From contig CM075987.1 in assembly GCA_038087875.1 (NCBI GenBank), positions 18,478,001 through 18,538,000 of the forward strand: a DNA stretch of 60,000 nucleotides, read 5' to 3'. This DNA is from Malacoraja senta. Taxonomy: Eukaryota. Within the stretch, counting starts at the first letter, position 1. Every line of letters starts with the position of its first letter. The notes under the pieces were generated by a model. The model was not told the origin of the DNA, did not search any database, and saw nothing but the letters and a program-made list of their open reading frames with translations. Position numbers and translations under genes: made by a program. Below, piece after piece: positions 31,803 to 45,600 of this stretch.

Positions 31803-32965
31803 TTAGACAAAAGTGCTGGAGAAACTCAGCGGGTGCGGCAGCATCTATGGAGCGAAGGAAATACGCAACATTTCGGGCCGAAACCCTTCTTCAGACCAAA
31901 GATCTTATAGCGGAGCAAGATAGACCACTCCTTCTAAATGCAATGGGCTGACGTACGCAACAGAGCGGAACGAGGGCCTTTTTTTCATCCATTTCAGTAA
32001 CCCGATCCGACCTGACCCGACCCGTCTCGCAGTGTAATCAACGTTGTGGGGGAACAGTTTGTGTTAATAAATTATAATTCTGAAAATGAGGATAAGATTT
32101 TTACCAAATAACTTTGATTTTTACGAGGATGTTTCCGTAACCGGCTTCCGTCCCTGCACTAGTTATCTTTGCTCCACTATGGGATCTTTGGTGCGGAGAC
32201 GGAAGCCGGTTACGGAAATGGGGCCGAAAATTACCCATGAATCTGCCCATGACCGTACTACGTCTTTTTCATCGAGTGGACTATCTTGCTTGCTATAGGA
32301 TCTTTGCTTCAGACTGATGTAGGGGGGGGGGGGAAGAAGAAAGGAAGAGGAGGAGCCAGAGGGTTGAGGGAGAGCTGAGAAGGGGAGGAGCCAATAAGGG
32401 CTACCGGAAATTGGAGAAGTCAATGTTCATACTGCTGGGGTGTAAACTGCCCAAGCGGAATATGAGGTGCTGCTCCTCCAATTTCCGGTGGTGCTCACTC
32501 TGGCCATGGAGGAGGCCCAGGACAGAAAGGTTGGATTCGGAATGGGAGGGGGAGTTGAAGTACTGAGCCACCGGGAGATCAGATTGGTTATTGCGGACCG
32601 AGCTGAGGTGTTCGGCGAAACGATCGCCAGGCCTACGCTTGGTCTCACCGATGTAGATCAGCTGACATCTAGAGCAGCGGATGCAATAGATGACGTTGGA
32701 GGAGGTGCAGGAGAACCTCTGTCGCACCTGGAACGACTGCTTGGGTCCTTGAATGGAGTCGAGGGGGGAGGTAAAGCGACAAGTGTAGCATCTTTTGCGG
32801 TTGCAAGGGAAAGTGCCCGGGGAGGGGGTGGTGCGGGTGGGAAGGGAAGAATTGACCAGGGAGTTACGGAGGGAGCGGTCTTTGCGGAAAGCAGACAGAG
32901 GGGGAGATGGGAAGACTTGGCGAGTGGTGGGGTCACATTGGAGGTGGCGAAAATGATTGAGGACG
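31803..32965 (-). mobile_element. 5'-truncated Penelope-like element encoding linker and GIY-YIG endonuclease (ORF part ~32401-32965), interrupted by a MITE
   Basis: CNRKRCYTC...FSCTSSNVIYCIRCSRCQLIYIGETKRR..DRFAEH...KLEEQHLIFRLGSLHPSSMNIDFSNFR* is a GIY-YIG domain with Cys/His linker; terminal repeat at 31803-31896. Confidence 0.9.
31897..32306. mobile_element. hAT-type MITE (410 bp)
   Basis: Imperfect ~33-bp inverted termini CAAAGATCYTATAGC..AGCAAGATAGWCCACTC; perfect 8-bp TSD CTTCAGAC at 31889-31896 and 32307-32314; internal ~28-bp inverted repeat at ~32133-32218. Confidence 0.88.
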
Positions 32966-33339
32966 CCACGTCGATGCTGCCATTCCTTCTTTCCCATTCT
33001 ATTAAGCTGCAACATGACATCCTGACTCTTATACTCAGTCCCCCAAGGCAAGCATATCGTACAGCTTCTTTACCATTCTATCTACTTGTGTTGCTACTTT
33101 CAGGGAGCTATGGACATGGACCCCAAAATCGTTCTTTAAGCTCTTATGAAAACAAGGTTGAAAGATGACCTCAGGACATATGAAATGGAAACATGAATTT
33201 GCTCCTCACCATTTGATACACCATTCACTCAGATCATGGTTGATTCTAAACATTGATGCCACTATCTTGAAGTAATCCGATTTCTATCAATTACCTCAAT
33301 ATTTACAATTCAATCAATCTCTTTCTTGAATATACCTAG

Positions 33340-34014
33340 ATGCTTCCTGGGAATCCACATTGAGGAGGACCTGACGGAGCGTGAACACCTCTGCGCTGCT
33401 GAAAAAGGTCCAGCAGAGACTGTACTTCCTGAGGGTGCTCAGGAAGAACAACATCACCCAGAGACTGCTGCTATCCTTTTATCGATGCTCAATTGAGAGC
33501 ATCCTAACATACTGTGTATGCGTGTGGTACACCAGCTGCACAGCGGCTAAGGGGATAGCGCTCCAGAGGGCTATTGACAATGCCCAGAAGATTATCGGCT
33601 GCCCTCTCCTCACCTTGGAGGACCTACACAGTTCCCACTGTCTCAAAAAACCCAAGAAGATCATAAAGGACATTTTCCACCCCGGTCACTCCCTGTTTGA
33701 ACTGCTGCCGTCAGGCAGACGGTACAGATCAATGAGGACAAGGACAAACAGACTCAAAAACAGTTTTTATCCCACAGCAATAAATACACTTAATGTAGCC
33801 ACCAAATGAGTACAGGTGCGCTACACACCAAAGGGACTGTGAAATCGACAGAAGAATGTGTGTTTTTTTTCATGTGATTTATTTTAGTTGTTTATCTTAG
33901 ACTTTTGCTCGAAGGAAATGTGTGAATGGTGCACTGACTGGTTGGCATTTCTAATTTCGTTGTACATGTTTACATGTTATAATGACAATAAAGTATTCAT
34001 TCATTCATTTATTC
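33340..34014 (+). mobile_element. Rex1/Babar-like LINE 3' fragment (RT C-terminal region)
   Basis: KKVQQRLYFLRVLRK..LLLSFYRCSIESILTYC..VWY...HPGHSLFELLPSGRRYRS..TRTNRLKNSFYP; ends in AATAAA plus a (TTCA)n tail. Confidence 0.85.
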
Positions 34015-34019
34015 ATGCC

Positions 34020-34530
34020 GAGTCTCCACATCTCTCTTGGTAAAAAATTGCAGAGTAATTATTGGCTAGATGAAGAAATTGTTTCAGTCCTCAATGGCTA
34101 ACACTTATTTAGAGGCACTGGCTCCTGGTTTTAGATATCCCAGCTAAAGGAAACTTATACTGTACTCACATCTACACTGTAAACTTAAGATTTTTTAGGT
34201 TTTAATACAATCACCTACACTTAAGACAGCATAGGCTCAATTTGTTTAAACTGTCTTCATTCAACAAACCCACCATCTCTGAAATCAATCTAGTGAATCT
34301 TAGCTGCATTGCTTCTACCAAATGAATTCCATGCCTCTTTAATAAAGGAGGTTGGACCTGACTGCAATATTCTAGATGTACTTTCACAAGAGCCCTATAT
34401 AATTGGAGCAATACATTTCTACTCTGATACATGAGCCATTCAAGCCCAATATTCTTCCATTAAAGCCCAATGTTCTGTTTGCCACCTGATTGCTTCCTAT
34501 ACTTGCATGGTAATTTTAAGTGACACATAG
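34020..34530 (-). mobile_element. Old CR1-like LINE fragment
   Basis: ORF 34211-34432 LLQLYRALVKVHLEYCSQV...EAMQLRFTRLISEM is a decayed CR1 ORF2 C-terminal motif. Confidence 0.7.
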
Positions 34531-35473
34531 GAACACCCAAATTCCTCCAATAATTATTTTAATAATTATGTTATACTCATAAAAAAGATTTTTTCTCATT
34601 CTTAGTTAAAGACTATGTGTCATGCCCAGAAGCTAACTACTGTAAATGTGAAATAATAAAATAAAATGGTAGAAATATTCAGCACGTTAGATAGCATCTG
34701 TGGAGAGAAATATAGAGTTGGAATTTTACTTTGATGACTTTTCATTAGAACTGAGAAGCTTTAAATCAAACGTTTTACATTGGATTTAGTTGTAACTGCT
34801 CTCCAATTTATTATTCCCTTATTCTCTCAGCCCCTATCACCCCTCCCCCCCCAAACTTACAATATGAAGTTATGTTCCCAGTTCCAATGGAAGAGCATTA
34901 CTGGAATTTTAATTCTCCCTCCAGAGATGCTGCCTGTTCTGCTGAGTATTTGTAGCAGTTTGTTCTTTTATGAGAATGGCAACTGATAGTCCTAATTAAT
35001 CCAGCAGATTTTTTTTTTTAACTTCTTTACCTGATGGATGATTGAAATAACAACTTGTTGCCACATGTGGTTAAAGAGATGATTATCATTTATGCACTTT
35101 AGGGCAATTGAGATAAGTACATGAGCGAGAAGGGAATAGAACGATATACTGAGAATTAGATGGTGGAGTGAGGGAGGCGTCAATGCTGAATATCACATTT
35201 CTGCATTGTGCATTTTATCTAATTGATTTCAGACCTTGGTGAATGTTATGTTTCATTAAACAGGGATTATAAGGCTACCATTTAAAAAAATATCAAATAT
35301 GCATTGCACCCAACAAAATCAAGAACATTAGTGGAGATTTGCAATCATATTTGTGTAAATTTTGAAAGCAAGCACCTGGATAGCACAGTGGACGTAATTT
35401 TATGTTGTCCTTGTTGTAACAAAATTGTAAAAACTTTTAGGAAAACTGAGATTGTATTACTATACCCTTAGAT

Positions 35474-36517
35474 TAGCAATATTACAAAATTTTGAGATTT
35501 AAAAAATCAAGTCTGTAATTTATCCCATCAGATAAAGCATAAAAAGAAGTTTAATTTGACACCTAATTCACTTTCATATCTTCAGTATTAAAAAAGTTAT
35601 GGCCATTTTCATACTCGGAAATTAGCATCTTGTTCCCTATTGCTTTTCCATTGACTTAACACAAAAGCTGTGATTGAGGACAGTCAAAAGCCCATAACTT
35701 TCTTAAAAATTAAGAGAACTGAAAGAAATGTTCAGTTATTATAGATTGAAGAATTCTGAAACAAATATGAAACAATCTTACTTAGACGACATGAAATTAA
35801 AGCATATAATTAGTTAGTTACCGAATTGTAGCTAATTACAAAATTCAATTACTAGATCTAAACATCTATCAATTTCTTAAGAATAGATTAACATTTTTAA
35901 AAAGCCTAAGTGTCCAAATAACATTCACACGTGAATTCACAATATAACATAATTTTTAAATCTCATTGTCATGGATTTATAGGCCAAATTGAAGGAATTT
36001 AATGTTTAATACCTGTAAATTAATGGCCATTTAAATCATCTTGCGAGTGGGTTTTTCTGGAACGTGATCATTTGAAACGTTGCATTTGTGGTGAATTTAA
36101 ACCCGTATCGGCATGAAAAATACTACTGGTTCGTTCGGGGGAAAAAATCACCGTTTCACAACTTAAAATGTGAATTAAAGGCATCTTAAGGAGCACTTTT
36201 ATACATAAAATAAACGGCTTTCGTTTACCTGTCCCGTGCGTGAAATCCGTCCCCGTTGTTGGCGTTGACAGCTTTAGAAGCAGATTTTAAAATAGCTCCA
36301 GCGCTGAAATTGTCGGGGGATTTTTAAAACAAAATACACAGAACGCCCGTCGGAACGATTCTTCAGCAAAAGCTTGCACTCCAACGAAATATAATTCAGG
36401 ACAAGGTAGGAGAAACCCGCGTTTTAACCCCGCCCCCCCCTCAAAGGCGCCAAAATCACACACACGGCCAGTGGCAGAATTGCAGCGCCGCTGAAGGTAA
36501 GTATTGTAACATACCTA
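35474..36517. mobile_element. Non-autonomous DNA transposon, probably hAT-like (~1.05 kb)
   Basis: Imperfect inverted termini TAGCAATATTACAAAA / reverse complement TAGGTATGTTACAATA; flanking direct repeat CTTAGAT at 35467-35473 and 36518-36524. Confidence 0.55.
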
Positions 36518-36520
36518 CTT

Positions 36521-36672
36521 AGATCTTAGGGCTAACGGAATCAAGGGATATGGGGAGAAAACAGGAATGGGGTACTGATTTTGGATGATCACCCATGATC
36601 ATATTGAATGGTGTAATGCGTACTGGCTCGAAGAGGCGAATGGCCTACTCCTGTACCTATTTTCTATGTTTC
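36521..36672 (+). mobile_element. CR1-like LINE 3' tail
   Basis: GGAATCAAGGGATATGGGGAGAA...CATGATCATATTGAATGG...GAATGGCCTACTCCTG..CCTATTTTCTATGTTTCT; related tails at ~39670-40250, ~41440-41760, ~43400-43750 and ~52970-53255. Confidence 0.65.
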
Positions 36673-39600
36673 TTCCCAACACCAAGGAAATCTGTTCTGT
36701 TATCGACCACCCAACATATTGATATGTTATAAACAGTTATTAACAATTCTTCCTGTTAATTTCCTATATGTAATACTTAAATTATAACACGTAGCTGCTG
36801 AACACTAAATGTGAATGTCATCAATGAGTTGCTTTCTCCAATCATTTGGTGAAACGAATCAGAGGGTCAAGTGATGAGTTATGAAGACCTGGATTTCAGT
36901 TCTGATTGTACAAAGTTAACTGATTCGCCACTCGGTAGCAGGAGAGATGCGCAAAAATCACTTCAGCTCAATTATAGCAAGTCAATTCTTAATAGGCAAA
37001 AAAGTTTTTAAAATAAATACACTTAAGTTTCATCAGAAGTTTCATTATCATTACCATTTTTTCATGAGCAACCAGGACTGAGCATTAATCATTGGCTAAG
37101 TCATTGGTGCTAACATTTCGTGAACCAAGAAATCATGGACAGAAAATCTTCTCTCCTAGTTTCCAGATTCTTCGGAGTGAAGTTCTTGATTTTACTAATT
37201 TTAGCAATTAAAAGGTATGCAAAATATTGTGAAATTAAAATCTATATTTGCAAAATCACATATTAAAGGTAGAAATTAAGCTGTTTAAATTTATCCCACT
37301 GATGTAAATTGACATACAATATTGCCTTCCAATCATCAGGATTGATATATCTCCTTTGAAAACATTCTGGCTCTTTTCTGAAATTGTCGCTGGCTAATCA
37401 GTGCAATAGAACTAATCCGTGACTTCTAGTTGCCATGGAAGCAGGTAACATATGGCATAGTCATTTTCAGAGTCTGCCGGATGTAGGAGATGGGATGAAA
37501 TAAGAAAAACAGTTGTAGATAATGGCACTGAGGCAATGACATGGAAACTTGTGTACACAATATAACATGGGAAATTACAGTAACATCACCCCACCCCTAA
37601 ATCACAGGTTTGCAAACACAACTAAGTCCAGTCCTATTTTATAATCTGCACCAATTTTGGAAACATTGTTTTTCTCAATGAAGCTGCATCTCTGAATAAA
37701 CTCAAAAATCTCTCAGGGTCCAAACGTCAATCCCATCTGATACAGCAATAAGCAAAGCTCAAAGTGTTGAAGGAACTCAGCAGGTGAGTTAGTATCTGTG
37801 GAGAACATACAGTGTAAATAGCTGACGATTTGGGTCGTGACCAGTCTTCTGACCTAACCTGAAACGAAGTCTATCCACGTCCTCCAGCGGCGTTGCGTGC
37901 CCCGCTGAGTTATTCCAGCACTTTGCATTCTGCGTAAGATTCCAGCATCTGCAGTTTCTTATGACTTCATGTACAGTATTATCTGATTTGATTGCATAGC
38001 ATGTAAACACAAGCTCTTCCCTTTATCTCAGTACATGTGACAATAATAAAGCAATGCTAATTTGAAAACGGTTAAGCTATTCTTCCAGTGATGGCTAACA
38101 TTTCTTCCTCAGTTAACATCACGAGTTATCTTACATTCATCCCATTATTGTCTAGGCAATTATATTATAAATGGACACAAGGAACTGCAGACACAAAGTG
38201 CTGGAGTAACTCAGCAGATCAGACACCATCTCTGGAAAACATGGATAGGTGATGTTTCTGGTCAAGACACTTCTTGAAACTCCTAAGATGTTGCCTGACT
38301 CTCTGAGTTACTCCAGCACTTTGTGTTTATGTTATATACAACACGACCACTGTCTTTTGTCACAAAGGAAGTCTTTGCACTCAATATACCCCAGTACCGG
38401 AAAACTCTCTGGGAGATGTAATTATATGTTAAGCATTTTCCTTCCTTCATAATTGTGAAGCAAACCACTATGAGAAACTTATTGCATTTTGGTTTGATAT
38501 GCGGCTGTATGAAGACAATAAACTGAATTTTAGATTTAAAATTCAATGAACATACAATTGCATGTTTAGTGCAGTTGAAGATATCTATAATTTTCCTATA
38601 CATATGTAATAAAGCAGTCTGAAGAAATCTCCCGACCCAAAACATTGTCTGTCCATTCTCTCCACAGAAGCTGGCTGACCCGCTGAATTCCTCTTCCACT
38701 TTATGTTTTGCTCAAGATTCCAGCATCTGCAGTTTCTTATGTCTCAGTGTAATACATTCTATATTCATTGCTCTCATTTACTTTTTCAACCGCACAGCAT
38801 TACCTAATCAGGAAGTTTATTCCCTCGGCCTCTGCCAATGTTCTTAATTTGGCATCTTAGATGAGTGCCAGAGCATAGTGAATCATCCAATAATTTGTGC
38901 TCTAGCATTCCTCAATGATCTCACTAGAAAAAGGGAAAGGACAGAGAGAGAGTTGAAAAAATGGGATTCATGGGCTTTATTTCTTCAGTTACAATTTCTT
39001 CAGTATAAATATTCTGTAATGATAATGTACAGAGCTTTGAAGGAGCCAGGTTATAGGACAAAATATATTGCTTTACACGGAAATTGGCCTCCTGCATGTG
39101 TCAATTTTATGACCAAAGTAGTTATTATCTCGTTGCCTTTAATGTGGTGAAAGGTTTTAAGTGTGGAATGCCATTGTTCTTTTCATATAAGTTTTGACAG
39201 GGGCTTTGTGTTGTTTTGCTCATTCGTGGAATGCGAGAACCTCGAACGAGGTTGTTTTTTTTGTTCATTTCTGCTTCCTCTTGAAAACATGGTGGTGGGA
39301 TGTCACATGAACTGTTACAGTCCATGTGACATCTCGCCATTGCTACAGTCTATGTGCTGAGGATGCTTCTTTGGAGGAGATTTGCAGCATGTCGATGCAA
39401 CAACTGCCTTGTCCTGGGTGGGATAAGCACTATGTTATTAGTGCTGCACACATCAAGGCAAATGGGGAGAAGGATCTCAACCCGAAACGTCACCCATTCC
39501 TTCTCTCCAGAGATGCTTGCTGCCTGTCCCGCTGAGTTACTCCAGTTTTTTGTGTCAATCTTCGGTTTAAACCAGCATCTGCAGTTCCTTCTCACACGTA

Positions 39601-42600
39601 TTCCATTTCAATCCTGACTTGTAATTTGTAGGTGAAGGAGAGACTTTTGAGAATCCATCGGCAAGCCACTTACATAGAACATAGAAGAGTACAGCACAGA
39701 AACGGGCCCTTTGGCCCACAATATTTGTGCCGAACATGCTGCCTAGCCAAACTGATCTCATCTGCCTATACATGATCCATAACCCTTTATTTTCTGCACT
39801 TCCATGTGCCTACCCAAAAGCCTCTTAAACACCCCTATCATATCTGCCTCCGCCACCACCACCCCTGGCAATGCGTTCCACGCCCCCACCACACTCTGTG
39901 CAAAAAAATTAAAAACTTGCCTTGCACATCTCCATTAAACTTCCCCCCTTTCACCTTTTATACCCATGCCCTCTAGTGTTGGTTATTTCAACTCTGGGAA
40001 AAAGATTCAAAGATGTGTGGGGCAGTTTTACTACAGAGAGGGTGGTGGGTGCCTGGAACGCACAGCCAGAGGTGGTGGCAAATATGAAAGTGGTGTTGAA
40101 TAGACCTTTAAATAGGCATATGGAAATGCATGGAATTGAGGGATATATATCACATGCAAGCAGAGGAGATGAGTTTAATTTGTCATCATTTCAGCATGGA
40201 CGTTGTAGGTCAAAGGGTCTGTTCGTTTGCTGTATTGTTCTATGTTTTAATTAATCCCTAATTCCGGTTAAACACTGCAGAGCATGTCGTATGATTTTTC
40301 ATTCCATGCAGCTGTAATAACAATTCAACCGTCAAATTTCATTTAATAAAATCAAAGCGCTGATGAGAGGCTAGATGCAAGAGGAGTCTCGAGAAACGAG
40401 GGAGTTCATTAGAAATTAGAAATTAAATCTAAAAAGCTTTCAGGGTTACTGTTTTGGAGAAGGAAACCAGTATTCAGTTTTCTAATTTCTCAAATATGAA
40501 GCAGTCAATGCCCTCTGCATCAAAACTGGGAAAGATCTAGACTTAGGATGACAAGTGGTAAGTTACAGTACATCCAAGCCACACAACTGCCAGGATATAA
40601 CAAATTTTAACAAGGAGTAATTTCACTATCAAATGCTATGACAGCAAATCTATGAGTAGCCTAACTCATGTGGTGTAATAGCTGTCACGTGGTTGTTTTA
40701 GTGTTCTGACTACACTTCCCAAAATTCATTGGCTGTAAAGTGCTTTGAGATATCCCGAGACTGTGATTGGTGTAATCTAAATATACATAATACTTTATTT
40801 TCTGCAACCCACAGAGCAAAATTTAGAAATTGGCTATTATTTACTAGACAGCTCGCCTAAACTCCAGGTGCTCATGGAATTATTCTCATGGCAGGGAACC
40901 TGAGGGGCAACATTTTCACACATGGTGGGTATATGGAACAAGCTGCCAAAGGAGGTAGTTGTGACAGGTAATATATAACAACATTTAAAAGAGATTTGGA
41001 CAGGTGCACGGACAAGGCAGGTTTAGTGGGTTTTCGGAACATGAGCCAAACGCTCATGGGACTAGTAAAGATCTTGGTCAGCATGAGCAAGTTGGGCTGG
41101 AGGACCTGCTTTGGTGCTTTATGACCATAACTATTATTGGTATGGATAAACAGGAGCGGGGGGACTTTGTTAGAAGCATTTGACATGGAGCTGCATAAAC
41201 AGATATTACAGAAAATAAAGTTTTGCTACGAGCTTTACAAGGACCAATAAATGCTGACGTTGCTAGTGATGCCAATGTAGCATGAATGAATAAATAAATA
41301 AAAAGCAGTGTCCAAATTACATGCAATACATTCCACAAATGGCAGTGGTTTAACAAATGGATGATTGAAATATGCTATGAACATTTGGTAGGTTGGACAG
41401 CATCTGTGGAAAGAGAAACAGAATTTTTTATTTCAGTGTAGACAGCTGGAATCTTTTACCCAAGATGGAAATGGCAAAGACTAGAAAGCGTAGATTTAAG
41501 GCAAGAGGGGCAATGTTTAAAGCTGTGTGGGGCAAGTTCGTTTTTTACTGCCAGGGGGTGCTCGGTGCCTGGAATGTGCTGCCAGGGGTGCTAGTGGAGA
41601 CAGATACAATAGAAGCGTTTAGGAGGCATTTGGATAGGCACATTGACATGCAAGGGATGGAGGGATATGGATCACGTGCAGGCAGATCAGATCAGTTTCA
41701 CTAGGCATCATGTTTGGCAAGGACATCGTGGGCTGAAGGACCTTTTCCTCTACTGTACCATGGAAAATCTGTTGTTTCATTAGTATTATTTGTGGGTTAA
41801 ATACCAGATGCACTTTCCTGTTCTTTGAACTGATACTTTGGGTTTGTTTACATATATTTGATTATCTCAGTTTAATATCTCATCCAATGTCCAAAAGTCA
41901 AAAATATTCTTCTTCGATATTGGAGTTGATGCTGATCGCCGGCAATTAACCATGAACCTTTCAACTAATCGCTGACACGAAGGCACGGCGGGTGTCTGGT
42001 ATTTGTTAAGTGAAGTTTCAAATTCGAGAGGAAAAAAATAGTAAGACACACGGGAAATAATTATTTCCCATGGTGAATCGTTAACTGGAAACAATAAAAC
42101 CAAGAACTGCTGAAATTGTAAATCTCTCCCAAAAAGCAGTAGATGGTGGCTCAATAATTTCAAAGCTGAGCTACATACTCTTTGGAGATGAAATCATTGC
42201 ATGGATCAGACAGAATAGCAAAACAGCCTTGTGTGAACCTGGGAACCCTCCACATTGGACCCAATGTTTGATGCAATGTTTCAATCCACGGGAACGGTCT
42301 ACAAATGGTGTGAGTGAACCCAAGTCTGCACAAGTGTCCAGTGAAACCCCAGGCCTGACATATAAAAGGTATCAGAGTCGCTTACTGGGGGGAAAAGAAT
42401 CTACATGCAGGTTTGACAGGGCTGAACAATCTACTTGTCCCAATGTTCCTTTCAAGTGCTAGAAACGTGTGTCAGGTAAAATGAAGCACAAGCTTGGATA
42501 CACAGATTGTCACTGCCATGAATCTTCACAGAAAACACGGGATGCCTTCATATTTCCCTCTTGCCCCACTTCTATAACTCCATTACAATTAGCTTTCAGT

Positions 42601-42663
42601 TACATGGTTTACCACTGCCTCCAATAAGACTATCACACATCATTCTTGCCTTTTGTATGAAAT

Positions 42664-42679
42664 GTGCCACCTGGTGGCT
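42664..42679 (-). promoter_or_regulatory. Candidate CTCF site
   Basis: Reverse complement AGCCACCAGGTGGCAC matches the CCACCAGGTGGC core; a weaker match GCAGTAGATGGTGGC lies at 42136-42150. Motif match only. Confidence 0.45.
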
Positions 42680-45600
42680 TAACTTCATAACAACACTACA
42701 AAATCAAACTTCCCTTCGCGGAAAAAGACCAGAGCAAAATAACTGCAGCGTTGGAAATTATTTTATAACCTAATGCAGACTCTTGTAAATTTGGGAAATT
42801 TAGCAGCCAATCTAACCACAAGATTCCAAGTAATGTGGTAACAACCACATTATTCGTTTTATCATTAGCCGAGAAAATAATACTTTCAGTACAAGGAGAT
42901 AGCTCAATTTCTTTGAAATAATGCAACACCACATTTTGCATCTATCTGAGAGAAAAATTAAGGCCTCAGTTACCATTTCATCTGATAACTCACTCCATTA
43001 GCATTGAATTCATTGAATGTCAGCCAAGAATTTATGCTGAATCTCCTACATTGGACGAAGCAACAATCCTCTAACTGTATGATTGCTACCAGTGAGCTAA
43101 GATAGAATTCCTTCCAAGATCAAATTTATTTAGACAGATTTTAACACTTTTCTCTCCTGAAAGCATTGATTCCTGAAGGGTGTAGGACACATTGTAATTT
43201 CTACCCCTCGTACCTATTCTTGATGGACCAGTTCAAGGTATCTATTCCACTATGGTGGAGAGATTAATCTTTTTCCATCTTGACTTCTACAGCTGTGCAC
43301 ATTAAAATTGAGTCAACCAAGTATATCCATTCTTCAGTAGAAAAATTAGATCTGTGCAAAATAATCATACAATCTCGTGCCTCATGTGCATAGTACTTAG
43401 TACAGTATAGCACAGAATAGACCCTTCAGCCCACAATGTCCTTATTGAACATGGTGCCCAGTTCAACTAATCACCTCTGCCTGCACATAATCTATGTGCC
43501 CTCCATGTACCTATCCAAAAGCCTCTTAAATACCACTATCATATCTGCCTCCACCAACAGCCCTGGTAGCATGTTTCAGGCACCTGTCTCTCTATGTAAA
43601 AAAAACTTGCTCTACGCTTTCATTTAAACTTTGTCCCTTGTATCTTTAAGCTCTGCCCTCGTCTTCGACATTTCCACCCTGGGGAAAAAGGCACTCTATC
43701 TATGCCTCACATCATTTCATATACTTCTATCATCTCCCCCCTCAGCTTCCGATATATTGTGTTCAAATCATCCAGTAATAAAGACTAACTTCTAAATTAA
43801 TGCTCTTCCTGTGCGTTAACCATGTGAACTAGGGCACCCAAGCCCAACACCTATAGCTTTCTATCTGTTAACATTAAAGCGCATTCTGCCTTTTTTTATT
43901 TTTCTACCATGGTGGAAAATCTCATACTTTTCCACATTATATTTCATCTGCCTTGACCTTGCCCATTCGTTTCACCCATCTATATGCCTTTATAGCTACT
44001 TTACTTTGTATCCTCAAAAATATTGGGTATATTATACATGATCATTGCATCCAAAGCATTGATATAAACTGAGAACAGCTGAGGCTCCTGGTGGCATCCT
44101 ACCAGTCACAGCCAAAATAGCCCCTTTATTTTCAGGGAATCTGCTCTATTTTCCTGTACATTAACCTATTTTTAATCCACTTTATATATTATCCTCAATT
44201 CCAAATGCCCTAATTTAAATAACATGTTTTTGAAGGCCTTCTAAAAGTCCAAACAGACTGGAGCCATTGGTATCATCTTTATCGGTTTTGAAATTTCTGA
44301 GTCGTAGTTAGAGCAGCAGTCACAGCGCTAGAGACCAGGATTCGATCCTGACCTCCGGTGCCGTCTGTGTGGTGTTTGCATGTTCTCACCGTGATAGCGT
44401 GGGGTTCCTCTGGGTGCTTTGCTTTCCTCCCACATCCCAAAAGGGTTTGTAGATTAATTGGCATCAGTAAATTATAAATTGTATATAGGCAGTGGATGAG
44501 AAAGTGGGATAACATCAAACTAATGTGCACGTCTGAAGTGCTTGTTTCCGTGCTGCATCTTTAAACTAAACTATTAGATTTATCAAAAAACTATTTGTTG
44601 TAGAAATAAATCATATGATTAAAAAAAACAGGAAAGTACATCCTCCAACTAACATTAATGAAACAGATGATCTAATCGAAAATATAAATCTTACAAAGGA
44701 TCTTTAACCTGAAATGTTAACACTGTTTCATAAAACCATGTTACTTCTGCCCAATCCTCTTATTAATTTTTAACACCATTTTTAACACCATTTCATAAAT
44801 AATAGATATTAATATTTTCCCCAAGGAGTGATGCAAGTCTGTCAGGTCTTTAGTTCCTCATTTTATTTTTTCCAAATATAAGGGTTACACTTCCTACCTT
44901 CCAATCCATAGGATCCCTTCCAGAATCCATAACATTTTGGGAGATGACAAGCCTATTGTTAGATCCTGGTGATTTAATGCTTTTCAGTCCCATTGATTTT
45001 TCCTTTTTTTTTAAAACTAATGTTGATTTATTTTAGCTTCTCATTCAGGTCTGTTGTTTTTCGTGATTTCCAGGAGTTTTTACAATCTCTGTGACCAGAC
45101 ACAGAACATTCATTCAATTTCTCTGTCATTGCCTTATTCCTCATGGTCCGTTCCCTCAATAGACCCTGAACATATTGATCTGGAAAACAAACCCTTTAAA
45201 CTCCAACACTATTAGTGCTAATTTGGTTTACCCAGTTTAGATGTAGATTAAGATCTTTCATTAGCTTTATTATGTGCAGTTCAAACTTAAAATGCCATAT
45301 CCATGATTATCCCATTATTTGGGTACCAGTAGACTTTCGACCACTGCTTTCTGTCTCTGGTTTTTTGCTCCATCCAAACTGCTTCTACTTCTTGATTCTA
45401 ATCTGTGACTAAATCTCCACAATGATATAGATGATCTTATCTGAATCAAGACTAGACTTTCTTTTTGAAAGGTGAAACAGACAAAAGGAATGGCATGCTC
45501 CTACTCTTATGTAATCTAAAATTCTGCGCATCCATATCTCAGTGAATCATTGCTCATGAACAGCTGGCTGCCAGGTGTTCTTATGCTCTCAATTACAAAC

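Noticed and set aside
32401..33051. 216-aa GIY-YIG ORF as a host gene
   Set aside because: A chimera of a CR1 scrap (TEYKSQDVMLQL) and a 5'-truncated Penelope endonuclease; no RT and no exon structure.
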